A DNA stretch of 64,000 nucleotides, taken from positions 362,204,001 to 362,268,000 of the forward strand of contig OZ024743.1 of the NCBI GenBank assembly GCA_964016885.1. Reading direction: 5' to 3'. This DNA is from Eledone cirrhosa (Eukaryota). Position 1 is the first letter of the stretch, and every line of letters begins with the position of its first letter. Positions 1 through 12,194 of the stretch are shown here, piece by piece. A model generated the notes under the pieces. It was not told the DNA's origin. It saw nothing but the letters and a program-made list of their open reading frames with translations, and made no database searches. A program made the translations under genes and the position numbers.

Positions 1-172
1 CGTCTTGTGCCGTCATAATGTTTTTCTTGATGTAAACCCTTTATGGTTAATAAAGAAATCATTATTATTATTATAACCTTTTTACACGGCCAAAACCCAC
101 TTTGTATCGTCCTGTACCGTATGTAATGTTTTTCTTCATGTTAGCCCCTGTGGCCAATAAAAAACCCATTAA
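1..172 (+). mobile_element. Two tandem 3'-terminal fragments of a Tx1-like LINE with (ATT)n tails
   Basis: Both end in motifs (CCCTTTATGGTTAATAAAGAAAT; GCCCCTGTGGCCAATAAA) resembling the 3' end of the Tx1 elements at 36.9 kb and 58.9 kb (CCCCTGTGGCTAATAAAGAAAT), each followed by ATT repeats. Confidence 0.55.
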
Positions 173-205
173 TATTATTATTATTATTATTATTATTGTT
201 GTTAT

Positions 206-1689
206 TCCTTGAATCTCAGTCATTGATGTTGGTTAACTGGAAAGTCCGTTGGATTGAATATCAAGCCACTACCTGCAGCCTCAGATATTCAGGACGTATC
301 GGAGGGTTCTTGCTGTTCCAAGCAAGCATGCCTTTTGAAGCGTTCCAAAAAGCGTGAAGGGGCCGATTTTCTTTAACCATCCCTGGAAACCTTTGGAGAT
401 AGTCCCCAGTGCGCCTATGACAATCGGGATCACTTTGACTTCATGGCAGTTCCAAATCCTTTTCACCTCCCACTTTAGGTCCTGGTATCGGTTAATTTTC
501 TCCCTCTCCTTCTCTTGCACTCTCGTGTCGAACGGGCAGGCCACATCCACAATCAGGCACGATCTTTTTTCTTTGTCCACAACCACCAGGTCAGGTCTAT
601 TGTGTTCCAGTTTTTTGTCCGTCTGTATCCTAAAATCCCACAGCACCTTCACCTGACTGTTCTCCATCACCGCCTCTGGCCTATGCTCATACCATTTCTC
701 AGAATGTGGTAGATTGTTTACTTTGCACAGGTGCCAGTGGATCACCCTGCCCATCACATCGTGTCTCCAGCCCTTATAGTGGGTCTGGGCTAGGTGTTTA
801 CACTCGGACAGAATGTGGGCCACAGTCTCCTCTCTCTCTCCACAGATCCTGCACAGTGGGCTAGCCTCCTCCTTGTAGATATGGTGCTTCAACCACTTCG
901 TTTTGAGGGCCCGCTCCTGCGCAGCCATTAGCATTTCTTTAGTAGCCTTTTTGAGGTCTCCTCTTCTCAACCAGTTCCATGTCTGTGGATCTCTAAATTC
1001 AGTTTTCTCAAAGAAGGTACTATGAAGGGATTTTCCCTTAAGGCTGCTCTTCCTCCTTGATGTTATTTCCTCCTTGGATATCCCCTGGCCTACTGTCCCC
1101 TCCTTCAGTACAGCTCTGAGCATTGGCTCCTTACTATAGGTCACGTATTTGTATAGGTTGTTTTTCTCCATCTGAACACAGTCCTCTATGCTGATAAGAC
1201 CTCTTCCACCCTCAGATCTCCTTAGGTAGAGTCTATCGACATCACTCCTCTTGTGGAACATGTTGTAGATAGTCAATAGCTTCCTAGTCTTCCTATCCAT
1301 TTCTTTTCGTTCAGCAACATTCCATCTCAGAATTCCCGCACTGTACCTAATAATAGACACAGCTCGGGAATTTACTGCGCTTATGGCATTTCTGCTGTTC
1401 AGATGTGACTTCAATACGCTCCTTACTCTCCAAATGTATTCAGTTCTTAACAATTCCTTCATTTTTTTGTTCTTTATGCCATCAGCCTCCAGAACGCCCA
1501 AATACTTGTATCCTTCCTCAGAGTCAATTTCCTTTATCATCTCACCTGTTGGTATCTGGATCCCGTTACTTCTGCTCAACCTACCCCTCCTCATCACAAT
1601 GACTCCAGATTTACCAATACCAAACTGCATACATATATCACTGCTGAAAATACGGACAGTGTCAACAAGCACATCCAACTCCTTCTCGC

Positions 1690-1693
<4 letters not shown>
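206..1693 (-). mobile_element. 5'-truncated R4/Dong-clade non-LTR retrotransposon (copy 1)
   Basis: Near-identical to 1733-3220. Encodes the RT C-terminal part, a CCHC knuckle (CRIC..H..C) and a PD..D..K restriction-like endonuclease. Has a (TAA)n tail and is fused at its 5' break to the (TAA)n tail of copy 2. The poly-I N-terminus of ORF 281..1750 is a microsatellite artefact. Confidence 0.93.
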
Positions 1694-1721
<28 letters not shown>

Positions 1722-1807
1722 GTTATTGTTATTCCTTGAATCTCAGTCATTGATGTTGGTTAACTGGAAAGTCCGTTGGATTGAATATCAAGCCACTACC
1801 TGCAGCC

Positions 1808-4800
1808 TCAGATATTCAGGACGTATCGGAGGGTTCTTGCCGTTCCAAGCAAGCATGCCTTTTGAAGCGTTCCAAAAAGCGTGAAGGGGCCGATTTTCTT
1901 TAACCATCCCTGGAAACCTTTGGAGATAGTCCCCAGTGCGCCTATGACAATCGGGATCACTTTGACTTCATGGCAGTTCCAAATCCTTTTCACCTTCCAC
2001 TTTAGGTCCTGGTATCGGTTAATTTTCTCCCTCTCCTTCTCTTGCACTCTCGTGTCGAACGGGCAGGCCACATCCACAATCAGGCACGATCTTTTTTCTT
2101 TGTCCACAACCACCAGGTCAGGTCTATTGTGTTCCAGTTTTTTGTCCGTCTGTATCCTAAAATCCCACAGCACCTTCACCTGACTGTTCTCCATCACCGC
2201 CTCTGGCCTATGCTCATACCATTTCTCAGAATGTGGTAGATTGTTTACTTTGCACAGGTGCCAGTGGATCACCCTGCCCATCACATCGTGTCTCCAGCCC
2301 TTATAGTGGGTCTGGGCTAGGTGTTTACACTCGGACACAATGTGGGCCACAGTCTCCTCTCTCTCTCCACAGATCCTGCACAGTGGGCTAGCCTCCTCCT
2401 TGTAGATATGGTGCTTCAACCACTTCGTTTTGAGGGCCCGCTCCTGCGCAGCCATTAGCATTTCTTTAGTAGCCTTTTTGAGGTCTCCTCTTCTCAACCA
2501 GTTCCATGTCTGTGGATCTCTAAATTCAGTTTTCTCAAAGAAGGTACTATGAAGGGATTTTCCCTTAAGGCTGCTCTTCCTCCTTGATGTTATTTCCTCC
2601 TTGGATATCCCCTGGCCTACTGTCCCCTCCTTCAGTACAGCTCTGAGCATTGGCTCCTTACTATAGGTCACGTATTTGTATAGGTTGTTTTTCTCCATCT
2701 GAACACAGTCCTCTATGCTGATAAGACCTCTTCCACCCTCAGATCTCCTTAGGTAGAGTCTATCGACATCACTCCTCTTGTGGAACATGTTGTAGATAGT
2801 CAATAGCTTCCTAGTCTTCCTATCCATTTCTTTTTGTTCAGCAACATTCCATCTCAGAATTCCCGCACTGTACCTAATAATAGACACAGCTCGGGAATTT
2901 ACTGCGCTTATGGCATTTCTGCTGTTCAGATGTGACTTCAATACGCTCCTTACTCTCCGAATGTATTCAGTTCTTAACAATTCCTTCATTTTTTTGTTCT
3001 TTATGCCATCAGCCTCCAGAACGCCCAAATACTTGTATCCTTCCTCAGAGTCAATTTCCTTTATCATCTCACCTGTTGGTATCTGGATCCCGTTACTTCT
3101 GCTCAACCTACCCCTCCTCATCACAATGACTCCACATTTACCAATACCAAACTGCATACATATATCACTGCTGAAAATACGGACAGTGTCAACAAGCACA
3201 TCCAACTCCTTCTCACTTTTCCCGAAGTGCTTAAGATCGTCCATGAAGAGGAGGTGATTGATGGTAAGCTCTCCCCTTCCCAACTTGTATCCTGCTCTCA
3301 CTTTTCGCAGCATAATGGTCAAGGGCATCAGGGCAAGGACAAACAACAGAGGGGACAGGCTATCTCCCTGGAAGATACCTCTCTTGATCTTCACGCTTCC
3401 CAAGGATACTCCAGTTGATGTCAACTCTGTCTCCCAGGACCCCATACTCCTGCCCAGCAACTGTCTGATGTTATCTGCCACCCTGAAGATCTCCAGGCTT
3501 TTGGTGATCCAGGAATGAGGCACCATGTCAAATGCCTTTCTGTAGTCTATCCATCCCATGGCAAGATCAGTGTGTCTCCTCCTGCAATTCCCCATTACCA
3601 TCTTATCAATAAGCAACTGGTCCTTTGTACCACGTGACTTCTTTCGGCATCCTTTCTGTTCGTCCGGTAACAAGTTGTTTGTGTGGAGGTGATGGTAGAT
3701 TTCCTCAGACACAATGCTCGTCAACAGTTTCCACATTACGGGCAGACATGTGATAGGTCTACAGTTGGTAACATCATTACCCTTGCTTCGGTCTTTCATT
3801 ATCAGAACTGTGGTACCTTTTGTCAACCACTCTGGCACCTCACCCGACACCAAGCAGTCATTGAACATGGCCGTCAGCTTCGGGTGGAGGGATGTTAAAT
3901 GTTTAATCCAATACCCCTGCACACCATCTGGGCCTGGTGATTTCCAGTTGGTTAGTTTTTTGGCTTGCCCCTTAAGAGTTTCAACTGTGATACTCAAATC
4001 AGTCTGTTGCTGTGCCTGCTCACCGATCTCCCTCTGTACTGTCTCAATCCACCCTGCCTGGGCATTGTGTCTAACATCCTGCTCCCATATTCCTCTCCAG
4101 AATGTTTTAGCTTGTTCCGCCCCAGGGATCAAGTCGTTGCCTCTTTCTTTCCCCTCAAGCTGTCCAAACAGCATCTTCTGGTTGTTGTCGAACATGCGGT
4201 TCTGTTTATACTGACTGACTCTGTTCTCGTATCGCCTGATTTTTGCACTCTTTGCTACAATGCGTTGCTTCAATTCCTCTATGATAATATTTAGCTTTTT
4301 ACTCCTAGTTTTGTATTTTATTTCCAGTCTGTTTTTAGTGCCTATGTTTTTTAGTGTCCCATTCAGCAGTGACTCAAGCTTTCCTATGTCATTTCTCATT
4401 TCCCCGATTTGCCCACTCAGTCGCTTCTTCCACCACGGCTCTGCTCTTTCTTGTCTGTTGTTTCCTCTCGCTTTTATGCCAAGTAGTTTCCTCACCGTAT
4501 TTGCTGTTGCTTTGAGGATATTGTTGCACTGGTGAAGACTCCTCGCCTCAAGGTATGGGATGACTTTGTTTACCTTAGCTGTTGTTTCTTTTAACTTTTT
4601 CCTGTCTACAAATCTTAGGTTCATAGGTCTCCCACTATCATTGTTCAACTCATCTACCACTAAATTTAGGATGTCAACCGAATCTTGTCCTAGCCCGTCA
4701 GCATTCATCTCCTCAGTGGCCGTATCTCTGTTCCAGGTATTATTTATCTCAGTATTCAGATCATTGTCTGCTTCGGGTGGTTCCTCCGTTCTCAGGACCT

Positions 4801-5200
4801 CCTCACCTTCATTTCCCGCCGGCTCGCTTGTCTGGCATACTACACCCGCCATCTCCAAGCCATTCTCTCTGCTCAGTTCCTCCAGTTCCAGCTCGCTTAT
4901 CCACCCATTAGTTCTTATTACCCGAGCCTGCCCGGCCAATTTTTGTTCATCTAATTTAAATAAACCAATCTCGTTCCAGATGTTATGCATCCGTCTCCTG
5001 TAGCCCCTCTCCTTGGGGTTACTTTTCAGGTAGCATTGCATAACAGTTCTATTCAATTCTTTCGTCCAGTTGGTTCTGGCCCCTTTCCTTCTTCTTCTTC
5101 CTCCAACATCAGCAGTATTTGGTTGACAGTCAGGTTCCTGCTGCTGAGCCAGGGGGCACCTGTTGGGTGAGAGTCTGTCACATGACGTTCTAGTCTCCAT
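1808..5200 (-). CDS. R4/Dong-type polyprotein: N-terminal domain, reverse transcriptase, CCHC zinc knuckle, RLE endonuclease (1130 aa, uninterrupted)
   Basis: Motifs KSPGPDG, RPITCL, EQKGC, WIDYRKAFDMVPH, GIFQGDSLSP, HLLFMDD, YKYLG, CRIC..ETVAH..C, RPDL..IVDVACP..EK..Y. Confidence 0.95.
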   Translation of the reverse strand: METRTSCDRLSPNRCPLAQQQEPDCQPNTADVGGRRRRKGARTNWTKELNRTVMQCYLKSNPKERGYRRRMHNIWNEIGLFKLDEQKLAGQARVIRTNGWISELELEELSRENGLEMAGVVCQTSEPAGNEGEEVLRTEEPPEADNDLNTEINNTWNRDTATEEMNADGLGQDSVDILNLVVDELNNDSGRPMNLRFVDRKKLKETTAKVNKVIPYLEARSLHQCNNILKATANTVRKLLGIKARGNNRQERAEPWWKKRLSGQIGEMRNDIGKLESLLNGTLKNIGTKNRLEIKYKTRSKKLNIIIEELKQRIVAKSAKIRRYENRVSQYKQNRMFDNNQKMLFGQLEGKERGNDLIPGAEQAKTFWRGIWEQDVRHNAQAGWIETVQREIGEQAQQQTDLSITVETLKGQAKKLTNWKSPGPDGVQGYWIKHLTSLHPKLTAMFNDCLVSGEVPEWLTKGTTVLIMKDRSKGNDVTNCRPITCLPVMWKLLTSIVSEEIYHHLHTNNLLPDEQKGCRKKSRGTKDQLLIDKMVMGNCRRRHTDLAMGWIDYRKAFDMVPHSWITKSLEIFRVADNIRQLLGRSMGSWETELTSTGVSLGSVKIKRGIFQGDSLSPLLFVLALMPLTIMLRKVRAGYKLGRGELTINHLLFMDDLKHFGKSEKELDVLVDTVRIFSSDICMQFGIGKCGVIVMRRGRLSRSNGIQIPTGEMIKEIDSEEGYKYLGVLEADGIKNKKMKELLRTEYIRRVRSVLKSHLNSRNAISAVNSRAVSIIRYSAGILRWNVAEQKEMDRKTRKLLTIYNMFHKRSDVDRLYLRRSEGGRGLISIEDCVQMEKNNLYKYVTYSKEPMLRAVLKEGTVGQGISKEEITSRRKSSLKGKSLHSTFFEKTEFRDPQTWNWLRRGDLKKATKEMLMAAQERALKTKWLKHHIYKEEASPLCRICGEREETVAHIVSECKHLAQTHYKGWRHDVMGRVIHWHLCKVNNLPHSEKWYEHRPEAVMENSQVKVLWDFRIQTDKKLEHNRPDLVVVDKEKRSCLIVDVACPFDTRVQEKEREKINRYQDLKWKVKRIWNCHEVKVIPIVIGALGTISKGFQGWLKKIGPFTLFGTLQKACLLGTARTLRYVLNI

Positions 5201-5565
5201 TTCACCGTTATTCGAACTGTTTATGTTCGATATTTAAACACTCTTATCGAGGATTGGCGGACGTATGTTTACATAGCCATCTGTGGATCCGCCATCCCAC
5301 CTGGCCCTTGTGTGGCATTATCACCACGCTGTATACGGACACACATAAACAAACAAACACACGGGCAGAAAGGGCCCCAAAAATGAATAAGCATAAGTTT
5401 CATTGTAATGTAGTATTCGAATGTCTGACTTAGTTTTTGTTTTTTAAGTTTTACTTTTTCCCCCCTCTTCTCTGTCCGTCCGCCTGCTTCTCTCTTAATT
5501 CTTATTTTCTTTACGTTTTGGGGGTTTCTTTTTTTGTTTTTGTTTTTCTCTGTTTGTTTTTCTCG

Positions 5566-5602
<37 letters not shown>

Positions 5603-5800
5603 GCTGTGCTGCTTTGGTTTTGTTGTTTGTTTTTTCTTTTTTCTTTTGAGTCTATCTATATATTTTGATGCCTTCCTCTTTGTTAGTAGTAGGAATTCTA
5701 TAATGTGGAAGTGGCAGCCAGCAGAGACTGGCGGCGTTGGCGATACTGAGACAGTGGTGGTGGTGATGTCGATACCGAGGCAGTGGTGGCGGTGATGCGA

Positions 5801-6448
5801 CCGTATTACTGTAGTGATGGTGCTGTAGCGGTGGCAGCAGCAGTGAAGGAGTCAAGGGGTGGTGGCGGCGGTGATGGGATAGTGGTGGTAATGATGGCCG
5901 TAGTGAGCGGTGGCGGTGAGGTGAAAATGCTGTTGTGTTTAGTGTACACAGATGATGGGGTGGGTGGTGTATCTAGTTTCTGGTGTTGGTGAGTTTAGCT
6001 GTCCTATATAGTGTAGCCAGAGGAGGGGAGGGGGGGGGGGGGTTCTTCTTCTTCCATTTATAGCCATTTTATTTTTTTTGGATATACAGTGTACAATACA
6101 AAGTTGAATATTTGAATATTTGAGCCGTATTACTGTAGTGATGGTGCTGTAGCGGTGGCAGCAGCAGTGAAGGAGTCAAGGGGTGGTGGCGGCGGTGATG
6201 GGATAGTGGTGGTAATGATGGCCGTAGTGAGCGGTGGCGGTGAAGGTGAAAATGCTGTTGTGTTTAGTGTACACAGATGATGGGGTGGGTGGTGTATCTA
6301 GTTTCTGGTGTTGGTGAGTTTAGCTGTCCTATATAGTGTAGCCAGAGGAGAGGAGGGGGGGGGGGGGTTCTTCTTCTTCCATTTATAGCCATTTTTATTT
6401 TTTGGATATACAGTGTACAATACAAAGTTGAATATTTGAATATTTGAG
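5801..6448. repeat. ~324-bp direct tandem duplication inside the R4 leader
   Basis: 5801-6124 and 6125-6448 both start CCGTATTACTGTAGTGATGG and end GAATATTTGAG, with few differences. Confidence 0.92.
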
Positions 6449-6616
6449 CCTTATAACAATATATTTTGGGTCCGAATTTTTTTGGGCTCAAGCCGGGTGC
6501 TTTACGTAGCATTTGTACTAAGAGTTGTTATTTCACAAATGATTTAAATATGTTAAAAATTCAAAACTTACGGGAGCGATTTCATGACCTCCGTCACCTC
6601 GTGCGTCTTCTTCCCT

Positions 6617-7691
<1,075 letters not shown>

Positions 7692-7849
7692 GTAGGAGGT
7701 GAGTTTTATTGTAGTACAATAAAGCAATGCAGATATCGGATAAGAACCACTCTACAGTTTGTAGGACTGGAGTATACATAATATATAAGAACAAAAGATG
7801 GTTAAAAGAGTTCCATGTATTTTATTATTCGCATTTCTTATTATGCGCA

Positions 7850-8506
7850 TCTCTTCCTTCCAACACTGAATATCATAATAATAGTACTCCCGACGTCATT
7901 GTAAACCCTAGGCTAATTTCTGCAAACCCAAATACAACGTCAAACACAACTTCGCTAAATGTTCTTAATCCCATTCTAAATCAAGAAACTATTATTCCTA
8001 TCGCAAATAACTTCTCCAATCCAATTCCTTCTATAGATAACACTAGGTCACTCGTTAATAATCTCTCTAATCGCAATTGCAATTGCCCTGTTAAAAATAA
8101 ATGTCCTCTCAACAACCATTGTCTTGATAAAAACTTAATTTACGAATGTAAAGTTATAACTGACACCAATTCCTTCACCTATTTTGGCTCCACTTCCACC
8201 TCCTTTAAAGCTCGTCTTTATAACCATCATTCGTCTTTTAAATACAAACTTAAAAGAACCAACACGGCTCTCTCAGAACTCATATGGTCCTTGAAAGACA
8301 AAAATATTAAATATAACATCTTTTGGAAGAAGGTTTCTTCTGCGTCTCTATACTTGAACAGTTCTCTATCCAAGATTTGCAATCTCTGCCTAAATGAAAA
8401 ATTTACCATTATATCTAATTTAGATTCTATAATAAATAGACGCACTGACTTGTTTTCTATCTGCTTGCATAAATTCCACAAAACATTCCACAAAGTATAC
8501 AGCTAA
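7850..8506 (+). pseudogene. Penelope-like GIY-YIG endonuclease C-terminal fragment
   Basis: CNC..CPL..CL..LIYEC..TYFGST..FKARLYNH..SF..TALS..W..CNLCLNEK..C.H, the usual PLE endonuclease pattern. Confidence 0.88.
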
Positions 8507-9380
8507 TATCCAAAACTTTATCAATTTAGAATCTTTTTCTCAAAGGCACATATATATATATATACTTCTTTAAAAATATACCCATCTTTCTACCTTATTT
8601 CAAAGTTATTTATTATACATTATATAATACTTGTTACTCATTCTATATCACTCATATTTATCACTTCCCTTTCTTCTCTTTTTCTTTTAATGTCTAACCC
8701 CTAATCTGTACCTTTTCTCACTGTTGCCTCACATAGAAACAATTATTACATAATACAATACATTCTTACTCTATATCACCTTGTAAAAATCCTTCGTAAA
8801 CATATACATTTTTTGACGTTAGATTATTCATCCTCAATTCATTATTTTTTTCTCCATTTCATCTAACTTATTCATGCTCATTTCACAACATATCCTTACT
8901 TTAATAATACATATCAACATTTTCTTTCCATCGCACATATTATTAAACCCTTAAATATTATTCTTAATACATATTAACATTTTCTTTTCATCGCACATAT
9001 TATTAAACCCTTCAATATACAAACCTTAACTTTACATTATTTTTCTCTTCGTTAATTTTCAAATTCTTTTAATTTATACATTATCTTCCAACGGTTTTCA
9101 ACCTCTCTATGTAAAACAATATATTTTTCTCAGTTATAAAAGCTATCTCTCTCTCTCTCTATCACCCATCTCTCCTCCTATCTCATCCTTCCTCATTATA
9201 CTCCTCCCTCTCCACTTTTTATTCTCATCTCCTCCTCTTTTTCATCCTTTCCAAACCCCCCCCCCTCAAAATAAAATATTTTTCCCAATATCACACATCA
9301 ATCTAAAACTACTTTTCATATGTTGATTTAAAACTGCACTATCCACAAGTGTTTTTTTAACCTTCATATCATGTCTTCCT

Positions 9381-9450
9381 GTTTTATCTGATGAAAACAC
9401 AAATATTATTGCATGATGATATTTGTTTTTGAAATGCGCATAATAAAATA
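9381..9450 (+). ncRNA. Type I hammerhead ribozyme (PLE-type, palindromic stem III)
   Basis: TTTTAT-CTGATGA(9388-94)-stem II-GAAA(9431-34)-TGCGCA-TA-ATAAAA. Stem I is TTTTAT/ATAAAA; predicted cleavage after 9442. Confidence 0.82.
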
Positions 9451-9483
9451 CATGGAAATCTTTTAACCATCTTTTGTTCTTAC

Positions 9484-9590
<107 letters not shown>

Positions 9591-9928
9591 CGAAGGAAAT
9601 GTGGTAAGGAACCAGATGGACCATAACGCACCAAAGTACTCAATACTTAGGGTAGTAGAGTGGGTAGAAACGGCTTGAACTCAGCCGTCGGGGACCTACT
9701 TGTTCCTATATATATATATATATATATATTACATAAGTGTGATTATGTGTATGCATGTATGTACGTGTGGATGTATGTGTCTGTATGTATGAATGAATGT
9801 ATGTATGTGTATGGGTACGTATGTGTGTATGTGTGTGTATGTATATGTATATATGTATATTTATTTATGTGTGTGTGTATATGTATGCACGAAAAAAAAA
9901 ATAGAATATATATATTCTTTTTTTTTTT

Positions 9929-9970
9929 CGTGCAATGGTCATACTCGATAACGAAGGGGCAGCCATCATG
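9929..9970 (+). mobile_element. 3' terminus of an RTE-like LINE
   Basis: GTGCAATGGTCATACTCGATAACGAAGGGGCAGCCATCAT matches 23850-23889, which closes the RTE-like fragment at 23 kb. Confidence 0.6.
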
Positions 9971-10040
9971 TATGCAATATTGGTATCTCACCTCTTTTGT
10001 TTCAGCGTGTCCATAATTTCATTTCACATATTAATTTTAA

Positions 10041-10224
10041 AATAATTGTTTCTACTTTAGGCACAAGGCCAGCAATTACCCAGTGCATTACTGGTACTTT
10101 ATTTTATCGACCCCGTAAGGATGAAAGGCAAAGTCAACCTCGGTGGGATTTGAACTCAGATCGTAAAGGGACGTAACTGTGCTGGAAAGCATGGCGTCTG
10201 ACCCTCTACCGATACTGCCAATCC
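10041..10224 (-). mobile_element. tRNA-derived SINE with Nin/Deu-like core
   Basis: A-box-like TGGCAGTATCGG, B box GAGTTCAAATCC, core GCCTTTCATCCTTACGGGGTCGATAAAATAAAGTACCAG, ATT tail; many copies in the window. Confidence 0.88.
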
Positions 10225-11739
10225 ATGTCATCTTTTTCTGTTTGACAACGTTACTCGCTTGTCTGTCTGTCATCCTCACATTAGTTATCTGCCCCTTTTG
10301 CTGTTTCAACTCTTCCGAACGACGTCTTCCCAATTAGGGAGTATCGTAGTCGTATGACTCTAAGCGGTTGTTTCATATACCCAAATTCACCATCCAATCT
10401 AAAGACTTAAAGATAAACTAAGTAAATTAGAATTGAAAACTAAAATGCAAAAACAAATAAAGACATGACTACGCTGCTCATCGGAAATAGTTGAAAACAG
10501 GGGCAGAGAACTCACAATTCCCACCACGTATTTTGCTCCGAAAAACTACTTCCTTTACGCCCATCACATATTTGAACATGCATTAAGCTGCTAATAATCA
10601 TACCAACTAAAGAATGAACCATAGTTATCTCTCATGGCTTATCCAACATAAAATAATTTATCATCCACACTCAATCCTTTAAAATTACATAATGCCTATA
10701 ATAACCAACACAGCAGTGTAGACAACATACAGAAGTTATCACAGTCAATACATGCGTTCCAAAACAAATCTATGATTAGCTAATTGAACTTCTACCTGGA
10801 TAACTATTCGGATCACTGAACCTTTTCCATTGTTCTTTGCATTATTCCAATATCACATGACCCACCACCACTTTTCTCTCACTGTCATCTCACTATTCTC
10901 TTCCTTTCACACCCCGTTATCTTCCCTCTAATTTCCTCCCCTTACTCTTCTTCACCCTTCACCTGTGTGTTTCCGCCACTTTCCCTACTTTCATCCCCTT
11001 CCTCTTTTTGAGCCTTTGTTTCCGTCTATCGTATCCCCTCTCTAACATTACACTCCGCCCCCCATCATACGCAGTCTTAAATCTTTCCTCCGCCAACTTT
11101 ATTCCACACGTAAACGCTTCCTCAAACCATTTCCCCCCCATTTGCATCTAGTACTCCTTTCATCTCTTCCGCCTCGTCTTTAAAAGTCACGTTACTACGA
11201 TCACCTCATATGTCTATGCTTCTGCATGCATCATCACCTCGTTTCCCAAGGTTTCCGCCTCAACTTCCACCCTACCTCCTACTCTCCCCCAAGTTGAACC
11301 CATCTTACCCGATTCTCCCGCCATTTCATGGTCGCGACCATCCGTTCCACCACCTCACAGATCCGATCATTTGACCACGATCTCCCCAAAGCCTACCTTT
11401 TCCTTTCCTCTTCTTGCCACTCAGATCTCGCCCAATTTATCGTCCACTTCATCGTCAGGCGTTTCGAATTCCCTCCCCTCTGCTAAGAAACGTAAACTCG
11501 ACTTACTCCGCTCCTCTTCTGCCGCCGTTACATCCACCCATCTCACATTCAGCCATGATCCTACTATCCCCACCTTCATTTCTATCCCCACAACTGATCC
11601 TGCACACGCCACACCCAACCGCGTCCACAACTACTCGCTCTCCCTCACGCCCACTCCATACTGTTGCTAACCCTCTTTGAAACGGAGCACTCCCTTCTCG
11701 CTAAGGGTTTGCTATTCATACACACCACATTTACCTGTA

Positions 11740-12190
11740 ACAATTTTAAAATACGTATCAAAGCTGATCACATTTCAAGATGAAAATGACTTACTAACCG
11801 ACACCCTGCACAGTTTTTGGCCGGGAAGAAGCTGCCTTGATAGCTTTTCCAACATGAATGGGCACTGAAACGCCTTCTAAACCGCTCAAAAGTGGATATG
11901 ATGTATCTTGACTTTGAAAGCCGCTTTCAGAAGTTTGATCATGGTATGATATGTCACGAACTACTAAGACTCTGTATAGTTAAAAAAAACTAGGAGAGTC
12001 GCTGCATGACATTATAAAAGACAGAAACCAGACTGTGGCAGCCAATGGAGCCATCTGAAAGGAAACATTAATAACTTGTGGTGGGATTACTACTGAGTAA
12101 CTGCATAACATTATAAAAGATAGAAGTCAGACTGTAGCAGCCAGGGAAGCCGTCTCAAAGGAAGGATTCATAACATATGAAGGGGCTACT
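11740..12190 (+). pseudogene. Degenerate CR1/L2-like reverse transcriptase fragment
   Basis: Broken reading of ..HSFWPGRSCL..DMMYLDF....FDHG....KDRNQTVAANG, with a short internal duplication at 12089-12195. Confidence 0.6.
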
Positions 12191-12194
12191 ACTG

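Larger units (their letters stand above)
1733..6616 (-). mobile_element. Full-length R4/Dong-clade LINE (copy 2), flanked by (TAA)n at both ends
   Basis: Single long ORF and 75-nt 3' UTR. The upstream region 5201-6616 is colinear with the upstream region of copy 3 (39840-41833) and ends at a (TTA)n tract at 6617. Confidence 0.85.

Noticed and set aside
354-5170. Plus-strand ORFs antisense to the LINE ORFs (also throughout 47-64 kb)
   Set aside because: Shadow frames with no independent motifs.
5201-5400. HDV-like ribozyme in the R4 proximal leader (GGCCCTT/AAGGGCC pairing)
   Set aside because: The candidate L3 loop lacks the CC needed for P1.1, and no J4/2 plus P2 arrangement fits.
10400-11700. 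LINE 3' remnant and Ser/Pro-rich ORFs
   Set aside because: Probably old TE debris, but no diagnostic motif could be read.
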